Shown here in pieces: positions 24,558-34,072 of a stretch of DNA of 45,959 nt. Origin of the DNA: a virus; IMG/VR virus record IMGVR_UViG_3300009528_000009; one strand, 5' to 3'. A model generated the notes under the pieces. The model worked only from the letters and a program-made list of their open reading frames with translations, searched no databases and was not told the DNA's origin. Both the position numbers and the translations under genes were made by a program. The number at the start of each line of letters is the position of its first letter. Position 1 is the first letter of the stretch.

Positions 24558-26708
24558 ATGCCTGCGCCATATTGGGGATACATAGACCCACAAAGAGAGG
24601 AACTACAAAACGCCCTCCTTCGAGCACAGATACGTCAGATGGAAACACAGACAGGTCTTGCTGAGGAGTTAGGTGCTCAAGGTAGAGCAGGTGTAGGAGC
24701 AGGTGTTAGGGGTGGAGCTGTAGAGGATGATTCCCTCCAGTGGGAACAACTTGAGTTTCAAAGGGAGCAGTTGAAGGAACAAACTGAGCTGGCTAAGGCA
24801 CAGCAACTCATCCTTGAGAGAAAAATGACCTTAGCAGAAGAGGAAGCACAGGCTCCATTTCAGATGGGACTGGGAGAAATACTTCTAAGTGCTCAGGGTG
24901 AACCTATGGTCGTTCCTGGCACACAGGTAGAAGGAGCTTGGATTGACCCTCTTACTGGTGAGCCAAGGTATCAGGCTCCTATAGTAGCAGGACTGGAAGA
25001 GACAGTGCTTCGTCCAGGTGAGGGAGTGATGAAGGCTCCACAAGTTAAAATAGGCAGTGCTACCCTCATAACTCCATCGGGTGAGGTTATATATTCAGAA
25101 CCAGAAACTAGTGTCTCTGGAGCTGAGATGATTGTTACCAATAGAGCTACAGGGGAAGTAATTAATCGTATAGATATTAGTCAAGTACCTAAAGGATTTG
25201 AACCTCAGGTAGATGCAAAGGGAAATCTTTACGTAACTAATCTTGATACAGGGGAAAGTGAATTAGCTTCTCCTAGTGCTTACTACGAAATGGAGTATGA
25301 GCAGGAAGATAGAAAGATTAAAGCTACAATATTTGGAATTGAAGTGCAGAGTAAAGGATATGATGTAATAGAGTATAAAGCTGACATAGAGAAGTACATT
25401 GCAGATAAGGCGTATGATAGGGTGATTGATGTTGAAAGGATAAAACAGGATACACAGGATAGTGCCAACTTAACTGCTATAGAGAAGCAGCAACTTGTCA
25501 ATAAAGCAGAAGCTCTGAAGGTAGAGGCTACAGACAGAAGAACTGATGCCTTGCTTGTTGGGTATGATATAGAGAAGTATGGACATGATATAAAGAAATA
25601 TATAGCAGATGTTGGGTATGATGAGACAATGGACGAAGCGGACATAAGGAGAGATATTCAGAACAGTAAAAATGCTACGGATATAGAGAAACAGGAACTT
25701 ATACGTGAGTTAGGTGTGTTGACGAATGAGTCGAAGGAGAGGATGAGTAAGGCAGAGATTGAGGCAGGTGATAGGAAGCTCATTACACAGAGATATACAG
25801 CAGGGTATATGCCTCAAACTGCTGAGGAAGCAATAGCTTATGTAACATTGAAAGCTCAGGTAGAGGCAAAGTATGATCCCTTTACTACACCTAATATGAT
25901 GAATGTAGATGATGCTGAAGCGTGGTTATCCTACAAGGCTGGAATAGACCTCTTTACTGAAAAGGGTAAGACGGATGAGAAGATTCGTTTTGAACTTATA
26001 AAGGCTCGTGCAGCTAAGTCTCCAGAGGATTTGCTGAAAGAGACTTCAATTAAGATGATGGAAATAACTGAGGCTGGTGAGCTAGGAAGGGCATTGTTAG
26101 AGGTTCCTATTACTGAAGCTGGTATTGCAGGAGAGCAAGCAAGGCTTAGAGGAGCAGAGCTAGGACTAGGTTGGGCAAAACTAGGGCTTGCAGAAGAGGA
26201 GTTAGAGTTAAAGAGAGAAGGTGAAGCGCAGGGTGAGGCAGGGGAAGAGATGGATGAGCTTATGGACATGATGCTTCGTGCTACTGCCACTCACAAACCT
26301 ACTTATGGAATGTATGGTGAGGAAGAAAAGGTTATGGCAGCAAATACGCTTCTTGACCTGATTCGTCTAAATATGTCTATCTCACCTGAAACGAAGATGA
26401 AATGGTTAGAGACAGCTCCTTCTCTGTTAGGTGTAACCTTGCCTGAAACGCTTGCTGGAGAGAAAGGTAGACCTTACTTTGATTGGTTTAGAGATATGTG
26501 GAATCAGTCTCTTAGTGAGACAGCAGAAGTAGGTGGAATACCCCGTCCTACTAAAACTTACAAGGGACTTTCCTTTGACGAGATTAGAGCAGAGGTTAAT
26601 AGAATCTATGGAGAGACGGGAAGTAGAAAGAAAGTTAATCAGTACCTTAAGAAGTATGGTATGAGTATAGAGGATTATAAAGAACAGTTAAAGACGGTTG
26701 TGGAGTAA
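24558..26708 (+). CDS. Coiled-coil internal virion/ejection-type protein (716 aa) with an internal ~70-aa duplication
   Basis: GGGGGGAGGTG RBS. The repeat is GYD(V)IEY.ADIEKYIADKAYD... paired with GYDIEKYGHDIKKYIADVGYD... Confidence 0.6.
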   Translation: MPAPYWGYIDPQREELQNALLRAQIRQMETQTGLAEELGAQGRAGVGAGVRGGAVEDDSLQWEQLEFQREQLKEQTELAKAQQLILERKMTLAEEEAQAPFQMGLGEILLSAQGEPMVVPGTQVEGAWIDPLTGEPRYQAPIVAGLEETVLRPGEGVMKAPQVKIGSATLITPSGEVIYSEPETSVSGAEMIVTNRATGEVINRIDISQVPKGFEPQVDAKGNLYVTNLDTGESELASPSAYYEMEYEQEDRKIKATIFGIEVQSKGYDVIEYKADIEKYIADKAYDRVIDVERIKQDTQDSANLTAIEKQQLVNKAEALKVEATDRRTDALLVGYDIEKYGHDIKKYIADVGYDETMDEADIRRDIQNSKNATDIEKQELIRELGVLTNESKERMSKAEIEAGDRKLITQRYTAGYMPQTAEEAIAYVTLKAQVEAKYDPFTTPNMMNVDDAEAWLSYKAGIDLFTEKGKTDEKIRFELIKARAAKSPEDLLKETSIKMMEITEAGELGRALLEVPITEAGIAGEQARLRGAELGLGWAKLGLAEEELELKREGEAQGEAGEEMDELMDMMLRATATHKPTYGMYGEEEKVMAANTLLDLIRLNMSISPETKMKWLETAPSLLGVTLPETLAGEKGRPYFDWFRDMWNQSLSETAEVGGIPRPTKTYKGLSFDEIRAEVNRIYGETGSRKKVNQYLKKYGMSIEDYKEQLKTVVE

Positions 26709-26711
26709 GCT

Positions 26712-29700
26712 ATGCCAACCTTCGATGACCTTCTTCTAGGTGAAGAGGATGAGTTTGACAGGATGCTTTTAAGTGAAAGGTCGTTTGATGACACTCTCAT
26801 AGAAGAAGAAACTACTCCTTGGCAGACTATTGTTGGAGGTATAGAAAGGGCAGGGGAGCTAACTAGAACTAGTAGTCCTTATGACCCTCTTTCACTGGCA
26901 AACTGGGGGAGAAGTTGGACAACCATTGCTCGTCTCCTTCCAGGTCAGGAGGATTTGGCTGAGTGGGAAGAGCAGGATTGGAAGAGGCAGATACTTACAG
27001 GAGCACAGATTGGTGTTATTGCACCTTTCCTCTACACCCTCATCCAGACAGGTGTAGCAAGTTTAGCTGACATAAGGAATGCTTTCAAATATAACAAAGT
27101 TCTTAAAAAGACTGTTACAAAGGCTATAAGAGAAATTAAGCCTAAGTTTACTGAGCCTGGACAATATCAAGTTTACACTACAGAACCTAAATATCCTGGA
27201 CATCCAGCCACTGGAATTAGACGTGTTCCTGCACAGAAAGTAACAGGTGAAGAGGTGGTACTTCCTTTAGTTAAAGGACGTCCTACCACTCCGCCTTCTA
27301 TGACTGTATTAGCAAAGCAGTTTGAACGAGGAGGAATGGCAGAAGTTATTAGACAAGTTAAAGCTCCATTTGCTGTTGTTGAGACAGTAAAGAGAGACCC
27401 CCTTCGAGTAGCCATTGAGAGACTTGCCAAGACACAACTTAGAGCTACTGTTCCTACATCTACAGCAATAGACAAAACTGCAATAGATATTGGAAAACAT
27501 ATTGTAGCAGGACTTCCTACCACCTTCAAGCCTCAAGTAGCAGAAACTATGATAGACCAATCTCTCAAGCTCATTGCTGCTGCTATTCCGCAACTTAAAG
27601 CCTTTAATTCCTTTACCATACCTAAGCGAGAAGTAGATGTACCTGTTAAGGAGTTGGTGAAGAGAGAGTTTGCAGAACGTCCTCTTGCTGAGGCTGAAGT
27701 GGCACTACCTCCAATCAGAGAAAGGGCAGTTGGAGCAGTTAAGTTGCCTGAGAAAAAGGTAGAAGTGCCTGTTATGAAGCCAGGCGTTAAGGAAGAAGTA
27801 ATCTCACCCATCACTGACCACCAGATGCAAACTATTCAGAGTCTTCAAGGTGAAAAGAAGTTTAGCCCTCGGCTGATGAAAAAAGCTACCATGGCCTTTG
27901 CAGACAAACCAACAGTAGAGGCATTAGACGAAAGAGAAGCTGCTGCACTTATTGAAGGGATGAAAGCTGTTCCTCTTACTCCTGCACATAAGCCCTACAT
28001 ACCAGCTCACAGAGGCGACCTTCTACCTAGCCACTTCTTCACCAAGGGAAGAGTTGCAGGAGTTGAGTCATGGGTTGTACCTGCATGGAGAGAAATGGAA
28101 CGTATTGGAGCAAAGGAAGAAATTTATGACCCAGTAGAGACAGCATATATAGCATACCAACGAGAAGCACATGATAAGTTTCATCTCTTTACTGAGCTGA
28201 AGAAAAGTGTTAAAGGGGTTAAAGGCTCTCAACAGAGACTATTTCACTACCTCAATGGTACGCTACCTGAAACTGTGGTGTTAAGTCCTGAAGAGACAGT
28301 AGCAGCAACAGAACTTCGTACTATTCTTGACGACTATGCAGACAGACTAGGCTTGCCTCCTGAGAGAAGACTTGAGAACTACATCTACCACCTCTTTGAA
28401 GCCTCCACTCAACGAGAGCTTAGAGAAAAGTATCCCTTCACAGATGAGGCTCATAAGGATGTTCCTCTTACTGATGCAATGATAAGTGCACTAGGGCTAA
28501 AAGTACCTGAAGAAATATTTACACCCACTCTCCTTAAACGACTAGGAAAGAAGCAGGGATTGGTAGAGGATGTATGGAAGGCTATGAGAGCAGTAACCAA
28601 CATTGACCTTCGTCGAATCCACATGCAACCAGCCCTGGAGAAAGTACGTCCTCTCGTCAGTGCCTATCCTGAAACATCCAGAGCCTACATCAACGACTGG
28701 CTCAGCTACGCTGTTTTGAAGCAACAGCCTCCACTTGACAAGATAATAAATGCCACAACTCACAACTTTACTTCTTTCATGGAACGAGCCACCAAGGGTA
28801 AGGTCTCGTTTGGCGCAAATCCTATGAAAACTGCTGGTTACGTCTTTACTCGCTTGGGCTATGGAGGCGCAATAGCTTTCAACATAGCTATTGTAGGAAA
28901 GAACCTTACACAGCAATTACTCATTCCTCCTCTCCTTCACAACCCCATCCACTATGGTCAAGCAGTAGGAGACCTCTTTACTGCTAAAGGACAATATCTA
29001 CTGAAGCAGAGCCAAGTATTAACTGAACGTTTCCCTATGGAGGCATTTGACCCAAAAGATGTGAGTAAATGGTTACAGAAGGGAATGGAACCTTACAAGC
29101 TGGTTGACTGGCTCAATGTTTCTGTTGCCTTTCTTGCCGGTGCTAGAGATGCAGTTGCTATGAATCTTCCTCCAGAGGAAGTCATTAAGTATGCGGACAG
29201 AATAGCTAAAGTATCTCAATACTCTTATCGTCCTATAGACATGCCTCGTTTCATGTGGCAGGGTGGAGGAGTAGGGCGTATGGCTGGTATGCTTCAAACT
29301 TGGCCTATCAACTACTTCACCAACTACCTCCCTGAACTTGTCCACGGTACAGTTACAGGTTACGACACAGCAGGAAACAAACTCCCTGCCTATGCCAGAG
29401 GCCGACTCCTTGAACATCTCATCATAGCTTCCCTCTTTATCTACAGCATGTATAAGTTTGCTAGGGTAGACTTTAGAAAGACTTTTGGCCCAGGTGTTAT
29501 GCCTACTTATCTAGCTCCCACTCTAAGCCTTACCCTTGCTCTTGGACAGAACGCTTACGGTCTGATGACTAATGACTATGAACTACAGAAAGATGCACAG
29601 AGAAAACTATCCAATTCAGTGCCCATCTTCATCCCTGCAGGACTTCAAACAAAGAAGACTTATGATGCTTACAGAAAGCTGACTGAAGGTGTAGAAACAG

Positions 29701-30035
29701 ATTGGGCAGGCAGATGGAGGAGGAATGTCTCTGTAGACGAAGCTATCAAAGGAGTATTTACCTATCCTGCTGAGAGGTCTGACTTTTGGGACACTCAAAA
29801 CAAAGTATGGGAGCTGGATGGCAGGATGAGAGACATGAACAATCAACTCCTTCGCCTGCACAACCTTGGAGCAGGTTACAACAGAGTACAGAGATTGCAG
29901 GATAAACAGAAACGCTTGGCTAAACAGCGTAGAAGGTTTGCAGAGAAGCTAGAACTTATTAAACAGGGCTATCCTACAGAGGATGATAGAGAGTGGATTG
30001 AGAAGATTCTACATACGTGGAGTCTGTGGCCCTAA
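26712..30035 (+). CDS. Very large internal virion/ejection-type protein (1107 aa) with hydrophobic segments
   Basis: Largest ORF and last gene of the structural operon. It has several hydrophobic stretches. Confidence 0.6.
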   Translation: MPTFDDLLLGEEDEFDRMLLSERSFDDTLIEEETTPWQTIVGGIERAGELTRTSSPYDPLSLANWGRSWTTIARLLPGQEDLAEWEEQDWKRQILTGAQIGVIAPFLYTLIQTGVASLADIRNAFKYNKVLKKTVTKAIREIKPKFTEPGQYQVYTTEPKYPGHPATGIRRVPAQKVTGEEVVLPLVKGRPTTPPSMTVLAKQFERGGMAEVIRQVKAPFAVVETVKRDPLRVAIERLAKTQLRATVPTSTAIDKTAIDIGKHIVAGLPTTFKPQVAETMIDQSLKLIAAAIPQLKAFNSFTIPKREVDVPVKELVKREFAERPLAEAEVALPPIRERAVGAVKLPEKKVEVPVMKPGVKEEVISPITDHQMQTIQSLQGEKKFSPRLMKKATMAFADKPTVEALDEREAAALIEGMKAVPLTPAHKPYIPAHRGDLLPSHFFTKGRVAGVESWVVPAWREMERIGAKEEIYDPVETAYIAYQREAHDKFHLFTELKKSVKGVKGSQQRLFHYLNGTLPETVVLSPEETVAATELRTILDDYADRLGLPPERRLENYIYHLFEASTQRELREKYPFTDEAHKDVPLTDAMISALGLKVPEEIFTPTLLKRLGKKQGLVEDVWKAMRAVTNIDLRRIHMQPALEKVRPLVSAYPETSRAYINDWLSYAVLKQQPPLDKIINATTHNFTSFMERATKGKVSFGANPMKTAGYVFTRLGYGGAIAFNIAIVGKNLTQQLLIPPLLHNPIHYGQAVGDLFTAKGQYLLKQSQVLTERFPMEAFDPKDVSKWLQKGMEPYKLVDWLNVSVAFLAGARDAVAMNLPPEEVIKYADRIAKVSQYSYRPIDMPRFMWQGGGVGRMAGMLQTWPINYFTNYLPELVHGTVTGYDTAGNKLPAYARGRLLEHLIIASLFIYSMYKFARVDFRKTFGPGVMPTYLAPTLSLTLALGQNAYGLMTNDYELQKDAQRKLSNSVPIFIPAGLQTKKTYDAYRKLTEGVETDWAGRWRRNVSVDEAIKGVFTYPAERSDFWDTQNKVWELDGRMRDMNNQLLRLHNLGAGYNRVQRLQDKQKRLAKQRRRFAEKLELIKQGYPTEDDREWIEKILHTWSLWP

Positions 30036-30038
30036 CCC

Positions 30039-30066
30039 TTGACAATTTCTACATAACTGCTATACT
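30039..30066 (+). promoter_or_regulatory. Sigma70-type promoter TTGACA-16-TATACT with TGn extended -10
   Basis: TTGACA at 30039..30044 and TGCTATACT ending at 30066. Lies 4 nt after the stop of the 1107-aa gene. Confidence 0.6.
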
Positions 30067-30095
30067 ACATATGTTACGAGCAATATCAGACAACT

Positions 30096-30992
30096 ATGCT
30101 ACCAGAGATAGAACAGTTCATACAAAAGCATTACAAAGAGTTGGGCTGGCATAACCTTTCAAATTTAATCAGAGATAAATTTCAAGCTGATATATCTGAT
30201 GATGCTATCCGAAAGTTATGTATGAGACGGGGATGGGCGAAACCATCCCTTTTTGATGACGATAACTATGAACGTAATCTCTTTATGGGTTGCGCTCACA
30301 TACCCTACCACGACAAGGAATTACACAAAGTCTTTATAAAGTTTCTCAAGTTTTTCAAACCCCACAAATTGTGGATCATGGGTGACTATCTCGACTGGTA
30401 TCATATTAGCAAATATATAAAGAACCCTCGAAAGAGTGGAAAGTTGCAGGAGGACTTAGACCTTGCTGGTGAGATGCTAGATGAACTTGTCTCCTATGCA
30501 GACGAAGTATTGTTTATGGATGGAAATCATGAGGACAGACTACAAAGGTATCTTCATCAATATCCAGAACTATATGGTCTGCGCTGTCTAACAATTCCAG
30601 CTCTGCTTGAGTTGCACAAAAAGGGAATAAAGTATTGTGGAAGGTATCGAGACAAGCCAACTACTCATCATGGTTTTGTTATTCATCACGGTCTTTGGTC
30701 TAGCATTGTCTCTGGCGTGACAGCTAAGAAACACTTTACTGAGTGGGGTGGGAATGGCATTATTGTCCACTGTCATAAAGGTGGGAATTATCTAAAGCAG
30801 CAACTTGATGGCATACATGGCTACTATGAGGGGATGTGCATGTGCAACCTAGAACTTGAGTACACTAAGGCTACAACCAATTGGATTCAAGGTTGGAGCA
30901 TAGCCTACTTTACTAAGAAAGACCTATTCCATCTAGAGCAGATTCCAGTAGTTCAACATGAGTTTTTATTTCAGGGAAAGTTATTTAGTTGA
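30096..30992 (+). CDS. Calcineurin-like metallophosphoesterase with N-terminal HTH-like extension
   Basis: Motifs CAHIPYHD, GDYLDW, GNHEDR, HHG and VHCH appear in canonical order. Confidence 0.7.
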   Translation: MLPEIEQFIQKHYKELGWHNLSNLIRDKFQADISDDAIRKLCMRRGWAKPSLFDDDNYERNLFMGCAHIPYHDKELHKVFIKFLKFFKPHKLWIMGDYLDWYHISKYIKNPRKSGKLQEDLDLAGEMLDELVSYADEVLFMDGNHEDRLQRYLHQYPELYGLRCLTIPALLELHKKGIKYCGRYRDKPTTHHGFVIHHGLWSSIVSGVTAKKHFTEWGGNGIIVHCHKGGNYLKQQLDGIHGYYEGMCMCNLELEYTKATTNWIQGWSIAYFTKKDLFHLEQIPVVQHEFLFQGKLFS

Positions 30993-31035
30993 TAGAATCA
31001 CCAGTAACAAACTTGGAAGGATAAAGGAGAGAACA

Positions 31036-31173
31036 ATGGAAAAGTTAGACAGAGGAAAATGGATTTACAAGGAAGAAGAAAAGATAGGAATAGTTATGGA
31101 TAAAATAGACGAAATAATAAGCTGGATTAATGGCAGAGAAGTGGACAGAAAAAATGAAATTCCTAATCATTGA
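31036..31173 (+). CDS. Small protein (45 aa), paralog of 31203..31343
   Basis: AAGGAGAG RBS. C-terminal DKIDEIISWING. Confidence 0.45.
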   Translation: MEKLDRGKWIYKEEEKIGIVMDKIDEIISWINGREVDRKNEIPNH

Positions 31174-31231
31174 CGAAGCAAACTACCTTTATGGAGAGTT
31201 AAGTGAAAGAGATAGATGTACACATAACTGA
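31154..31231 (+). pseudogene. Truncated duplicate of the 5' end of gene 31321..32403 (MKFLIIDEANYL then stop after 25 codons)
   Basis: atgaaattcctaatcattgacgaagcaaactacct compared with atgaagttcctaataatagatgaagcaaactatct at 31321. Confidence 0.5.
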
Positions 31232-31343
31232 GCAAACAGCTTCACAGGAAGCATATAATGTAAAAATAATGCTACGAGTTTTTGATAAGTTGGATGAAAT
31301 TGTAAAATGGATTAATAAGCATGAAGTTCCTAATAATAGATGA
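31203..31343 (+). CDS. Small protein (46 aa, GTG start), paralog of 31036..31173
   Basis: C-terminal DKLDEIVKWINKHEV matches the first copy. Confidence 0.35.
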   Translation: MKEIDVHITEQTASQEAYNVKIMLRVFDKLDEIVKWINKHEVPNNR

Positions 31344-32403
31344 AGCAAACTATCTCACTAACTTAGCAGAGAGGGTAAAGGATGAGGGCTATGATGCACA
31401 CTACCTTAGTTCTATTAAGGACGCTAGAAAGGAACATGCAGACATCGTTCTCGCCAACACAGTAATTCCTTTCCACCACACTACACATAACTTTATTGGC
31501 ATTACTGAGAGCATCTATACCATCATTACTGACAAGGAATATATGCTTCGTGTACTAAAAGTAATGGACATAACTACACCTCCTTTCCACATAGCCCAGG
31601 AGGGTGAAGTCTCAACCGATATAGTAGAGGATGGCACTAAGTATGCCATCGAAACAACTACTTTCCCCTCCTATTTCACTACAGGGATGGAGGATGCGAC
31701 AGCCATGCTAGAGTTGTTTAACGAATACAAACTAGTGTCACTTGTACGTGAACTTCCCTACACCTTCACACTAGAAGTAGAGGGATGGTTCAATGGAGGC
31801 GAAGTAATGATACCCTCCTACCTTATACTTGATGGCAACATTATGCATCTTCTGTCCCATCAATCAAAACTTTACAAAGAGACACTACGAAAGTTTGAAG
31901 TAGCCCTAAAGAAGATGGACTACAAAGGCCCAGTTTCTATGAGTGTTGGTATCTCACAGGAGGCTGTGTATAGCTGGCAGATAGACTGCATCTTTCGTCC
32001 TATGGTATTTGAAGCCATGTCTAACCTGACAAATAACTTGAGGGCTGTAGTGACTGGAGCCAAGAACGTGCTAGAGATGTATGGGAAGTGGAGTGAACAG
32101 TTGCCTATTCTACTCAATCCTTTTGTCCTGAGTACGTATGACCTACCTTTGCTTGGCTATGAGAGGGCTAACAAGAAGCATTTGTGGATTAGTAATTTAG
32201 TAGAACGAGATAACAAGCACTATTACAAGGGACTAGTAGAGAGAGTAGGATATGTTACGGCGAGAGGCGAAACACCACGAGAGACAGGCAGACGACTTAC
32301 TCGTACACGTCAAAATCTAGTCATGCCCTTCTCTGTATGGTGTGCTACTTCCAAGCGAGTGAATGAGAGATATAAGATGCTCAGAGAATGGGAGTGGTTA
32401 TGA
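31321..32403 (+). CDS. ATP-grasp-like protein resembling PurD/GARS (tentative)
   Basis: N-terminal MKFLIID... is Rossmann-like. YKGPVSMSVGIS...IDCIFRPMVFEAM..L.NNL resembles the Y.GvLy..L....vlEfN.RfGDPE segment. ERVGYVTARGETPRE resembles GGRVLgVta.G.t..eA. Confidence 0.35.
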   Translation: MKFLIIDEANYLTNLAERVKDEGYDAHYLSSIKDARKEHADIVLANTVIPFHHTTHNFIGITESIYTIITDKEYMLRVLKVMDITTPPFHIAQEGEVSTDIVEDGTKYAIETTTFPSYFTTGMEDATAMLELFNEYKLVSLVRELPYTFTLEVEGWFNGGEVMIPSYLILDGNIMHLLSHQSKLYKETLRKFEVALKKMDYKGPVSMSVGISQEAVYSWQIDCIFRPMVFEAMSNLTNNLRAVVTGAKNVLEMYGKWSEQLPILLNPFVLSTYDLPLLGYERANKKHLWISNLVERDNKHYYKGLVERVGYVTARGETPRETGRRLTRTRQNLVMPFSVWCATSKRVNERYKMLREWEWL

Positions 32404-32570
32404 CCCCTAAAGAAATATGTGCTGGATGTAGAAAAGAGTTACATCCTTCCAGTCAGATGTTTATACATAGAAAAATGAATACTAGCTCTACAAAGTATCA
32501 CTTAAAGTGTGCTCGTAAAGATATAAGAAAAGGACAAACATTACTATATAAATGGTCATTAAGTTGTTGA
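32400..32570 (+). CDS. Cys-containing small protein (56 aa)
   Basis: The internal ATG has an ATGA overlap. Its 5' end (GGTTATGACC..AAAGAA.T.TGTGC) is repeated at 32587. Confidence 0.45.
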   Translation: MTPKEICAGCRKELHPSSQMFIHRKMNTSSTKYHLKCARKDIRKGQTLLYKWSLSC

Positions 32571-32586
32571 GGGACTGGGAATGGTT

Positions 32587-32700
32587 ATGACCAGTAAAGA
32601 AGTCTGTGCCAGTTGTAAGCATGATAAGAAGGATTGTAAAAATACGTATGTTAAAGAGGAGGATAAAGTTATTGCATGTCAGTGGTATGAGAAAAAGTGA
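32587..32700 (+). CDS. Cys-rich mini-protein (37 aa)
   Basis: MTSKEVCASCKHDKKDCKNTYVKEEDKVIACQWYEKK. Manual translation. Confidence 0.35.
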   Translation: MTSKEVCASCKHDKKDCKNTYVKEEDKVIACQWYEKK

Positions 32701-32856
32701 CTACACTTATTTTAACTAATTCACTACACCCTGCTGAGGGTATTTTGAGGAAGTAGATATAACAATGACAATTATAAGTGTAAGTGTGCCACCCAATCTT
32801 ACAGACAACCTAGGTAAGTGCTGTAGGCAATGGTGGTGGGGGTGTGGAGGGAAACG

Positions 32857-32991
32857 ATGAACAAAGTATATGTTTCTAAGAACGAGATAACTACTATTCC
32901 TAGTGGGTGGAATGAGGCTGGCAGTTTTGACTTCTTGAATGATCCTAGCGAGGACATCTACTCACTAGAGGACGGGGAGGAAATAAGATGA
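32857..32991 (+). CDS. Hypothetical acidic small protein (44 aa)
   Basis: GGAGGGAAACG RBS. Manual translation. Confidence 0.4.
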   Translation: MNKVYVSKNEITTIPSGWNEAGSFDFLNDPSEDIYSLEDGEEIR

Positions 32992-33117
32992 ACTACACAA
33001 TACCATCTGGAGTAAGTGGAGGTGGGCCAGAACAGAAAACTCCTGAAAGTTTTCATGATAAGGAGGAAGGATAACATGAATCGTATCATGAACCTAATCG
33101 TGAAGGGAGTATGTTAA

Positions 33118-33429
33118 ATGTTAGAAAATAGTAAATTCTCACGCATTGGTTATTTTATAGTCATAGGCTTACTAGTCTGTGCTGTCACTTACATGAGCTA
33201 TAGAATAGGTGGGCATGAATGGGAGATGAAAAGTATTAGGATTCAGCGTAATTGGACTGAAGGTGAGAATAAGTCATTGAAGGACTTGAACAAAAACTAT
33301 GTTGAAGGTCTGCAATACTATCAAGCTATGTTGAAGAATGCTCGCCAAATGACAGAGGATGTTACAGTGATGCTGAAGAAGGGCACGATAGTCATTCCAC
33401 CTGTTGAGCAACCCACTCCTCCTTCGTAG
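33118..33429 (+). CDS. N-terminally membrane-anchored coiled-coil protein (103 aa; spanin/holin-type topology)
   Basis: The TM segment is FSRIGYFIVIGLLVCAVTYMSY. AAGGGAG RBS. Confidence 0.55.
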   Translation: MLENSKFSRIGYFIVIGLLVCAVTYMSYRIGGHEWEMKSIRIQRNWTEGENKSLKDLNKNYVEGLQYYQAMLKNARQMTEDVTVMLKKGTIVIPPVEQPTPPS

Positions 33430-33847
33430 TAGACCATACCTTTGAGTAGCGTTCCTTCATTACAAATGCTAGCCAGAGTTGTTCCATAGTTGTAAATTGA
33501 GGTTTGTCAGTATAAGTTATTGCTGTAGGTGTAACAGCAGGAGCATGATATAAACGAAACGTTGTTGAAGAATAAGCAGGAGTAACTTCATTACCATTTA
33601 CCATCTCCTGCAACTGGTCTTGACGAGGGAGCCAAGATACACCATCAATGCAACTTTCATCTAATTTTTGAACATAATTGAATGCGACAACTCCACTATG
33701 TTCAGGAAGTATTTTAGCATATTGTGTAAACACACCTACTCCTTTATATGTGACATCATAAGCCCAATCACCAGTTGTATAAACATGGTTTTTCTGTATC
33801 TCTCCTGCCCTCTCGCACATTTCAATATACTTTTTACTTGTATCCAT
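33392..33847 (-). CDS. Hypothetical conserved-phage-type protein (151 aa)
   Basis: ORF track entry with a GGAGGTAG RBS. Confidence 0.7.
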   Translation of the reverse strand: MDTSKKYIEMCERAGEIQKNHVYTTGDWAYDVTYKGVGVFTQYAKILPEHSGVVAFNYVQKLDESCIDGVSWLPRQDQLQEMVNGNEVTPAYSSTTFRLYHAPAVTPTAITYTDKPQFTTMEQLWLAFVMKERYSKVWSTTKEEWVAQQVE

Positions 33848-34072
33848 TTAACTATCTTCTACCTCCTCCCATTTCCCTCCATTTACGCTTACTTCTACAA
33901 TCACATCCTCATCTATATAGTGTCCATGTCCCATTACGGGGCAAGTATATCCTGTACTTCTTTCTGTAGAAAAGGCTGCAAGGATGAGACTGTCATCGAA
34001 CTCTCCCAACGCAAAATGTGCTTTACCCGTACACTTCTTACAAAATGCTCTAAACTTTAATGTCACCATCAA
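33848..34072 (-). CDS. Hypothetical small protein (74 aa)
   Basis: ORF track entry with a GGAGGTAAG RBS. Confidence 0.6.
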   Translation of the reverse strand: MMVTLKFRAFCKKCTGKAHFALGEFDDSLILAAFSTERSTGYTCPVMGHGHYIDEDVIVEVSVNGGKWEEVEDS

